A stretch of DNA of 35,627 nt from an uncultured Planctomycetota bacterium (GTDB lineage Bacteria; Planctomycetota; PUPC01): contig CAZBRH010000007.1 of the NCBI GenBank assembly GCA_964494245.1, positions 3,566-39,192 of the forward strand. The letters run 5' to 3'. Under the pieces are notes generated by a model, which was not told the origin of the DNA, ran no database searches, and saw only the letters and a program-made list of their open reading frames with translations. Made by a program: the position numbers and the translations under genes. Of this stretch, positions 34,845-35,627 are shown piece after piece. Position 1 is the stretch's first letter. The number at the start of each line of letters is the position of its first letter.

Positions 34845-34856
34845 CCGTCTGCCCGC

Positions 34857-35627
34857 TCACCGCGCCACGCAACGAACGCGGATCGTCGTCGGAAACGTTG
34901 AAAAGCCGGTGAACGTTTGAACCGACAGGCCGCCGGAATCGACGGAGACGCCAGCGGCCATAACCCACGCGACAACTTCCGGTTCGGGGACCGCCACGCG
35001 GCTGCTCAGCTCGACAAGCCACAGCCGGGCCGCCGCACCGACGACCGGCGACCGGCGCAGCGGTTCCAACCCCGTCGCCGCCACCAACGGCAACGGGCCT
35101 CGGTAATAGCGGCCCAGAGCGTGAACCGCGTAAGCGGGCGTCACCGCGACGACATCGCCATCACGGCCACGCAAAGTCAGGTCACGGACAACCAACCGCC
35201 ACGGCTCCTTCCGCGTCGAGGGCCGAAAATAGACCGCGTTCAGTCCGACGTTCGCCGCGGCAACCAGAGCAAATACGACCAACCAGAGAACACGCAATCG
35301 CCCCCACGACCACCCGGCAGCCAGCATCAGAAACACGAACGGCGCCACGAACGCCAGATGCTTCCCCTCGAATACGTGCGGGCGCGGAACGACGACGGCG
35401 CAGACAAACGGGCCGATGGCTGATAAGACCAGCACCAACGCAGCCCCCGGCAGCCGCCTCGCGGCACAAGCCGCCCCTGCGAACGGCAAGGCCGCGAGCA
35501 CAAGCAGTGTCGCGCGCGTGAACCGGTCGAGCCCAGGGCCGGCCATGTCCACGACGTAGCCCGTCAGGAATTGCCGCAGCGCGGAGGCCGCTTCTTCGCG
35601 GCGATAACTGCGCGAGAACGCGGCGTG
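34857..35627 (-). CDS. C-terminal part of a polytopic membrane protein, probably a GT39/GT83 (ArnT/PMT-like) glycosyltransferase; 5' end runs off the window
   Basis: The track ORF starts at GTG 35552, but the frame stays open for the 25 codons to the window edge (HAAFSRSYRREEAASALRQFLTGYV-VDMAGPG...). Several TM helices are present (LLVLAALPFAGAACAA, LVLVLSAIGPFVCAVVV, LAFVAPFVFLMLAAGW, LWLVVFALVAAANVGL). The soluble tail reads PWRLVVRDL...GDVVAVTPAYAVHALGRYY, as in ArnT-like proteins. Confidence 0.45.
   Translation of the reverse strand, partial: HAAFSRSYRREEAASALRQFLTGYVVDMAGPGLDRFTRATLLVLAALPFAGAACAARRLPGAALVLVLSAIGPFVCAVVVPRPHVFEGKHLAFVAPFVFLMLAAGWSWGRLRVLWLVVFALVAAANVGLNAVYFRPSTRKEPWRLVVRDLTLRGRDGDVVAVTPAYAVHALGRYYRGPLPLVAATGLEPLRRSPVVGAAARLWLVELSSRVAVPEPEVVAWVMAAGVSVDSGGLSVQTFTGFSTFPTTIRVRCVAR

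Noticed and set aside
1-35627. Search for CRISPR arrays, tRNA/rRNA genes, transposases, integrases and long terminal or direct repeats flanking an island.
   Set aside because: I could see no regularly spaced direct repeats, no cloverleaf-like or rRNA-like conserved stretches in the few intergenic gaps (the largest are 2227-2618, 15028-15311 and 27313-27502), and no recombinase-like ORFs. An Infernal/tRNAscan run would be needed for certainty.

Overview
Gene-dense, high-GC bacterial chromosomal segment. My hand counts of single 60-nt lines give about 62-63% GC. I read 21-22 protein-coding genes and found no rRNA, tRNA, CRISPR array, transposase or integrase. All family calls come from motifs I recognise in the translations; no database search was possible.

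Gene content, left to right:
- ExbB-ExbD-vWA module on the minus strand. The vWA gene runs off the left edge and is absent from the ORF track.
- WG-repeat protein followed by an orphan secreted protein.
- Long minus-strand string: GH5, beta-propeller A, beta-propeller B, B12-binding radical SAM, PcRGLX-like glycan enzyme.
- FHA-domain predicted pseudokinase, then a nucleotidyltransferase-fold protein, then a 1075-aa SurA/parvulin-type chaperone.
- Translationally coupled minus-strand operon: GT28 glycosyltransferase, addB, addA, queE.
- Two NlpI-like TPR proteins.
- A stand-alone 959-aa nuclease-like/N6-adenine methyltransferase/TRD fusion, resembling a type IIG restriction-modification enzyme.
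- A HEAT-repeat secreted protein.
- A GT39-like membrane protein running off the right edge.

Most notable observations:
1. The fused methyltransferase has a compositionally distinct, lower-GC C-terminal third.
2. queE is start/stop-coupled to addAB.
3. A single in-frame TAG splits the PcRGLX-like gene.
4. An apparent +1 frameshift makes the track fuse two secreted propeller genes into one 839-aa ORF.
5. The FHA-kinase lacks the catalytic Lys and the DFG Asp.

I cannot show that any of these is a new system. The methyltransferase fusion and the addAB-queE coupling are the best candidates for follow-up. Many long antisense ORFs in the track are high-GC artefacts.
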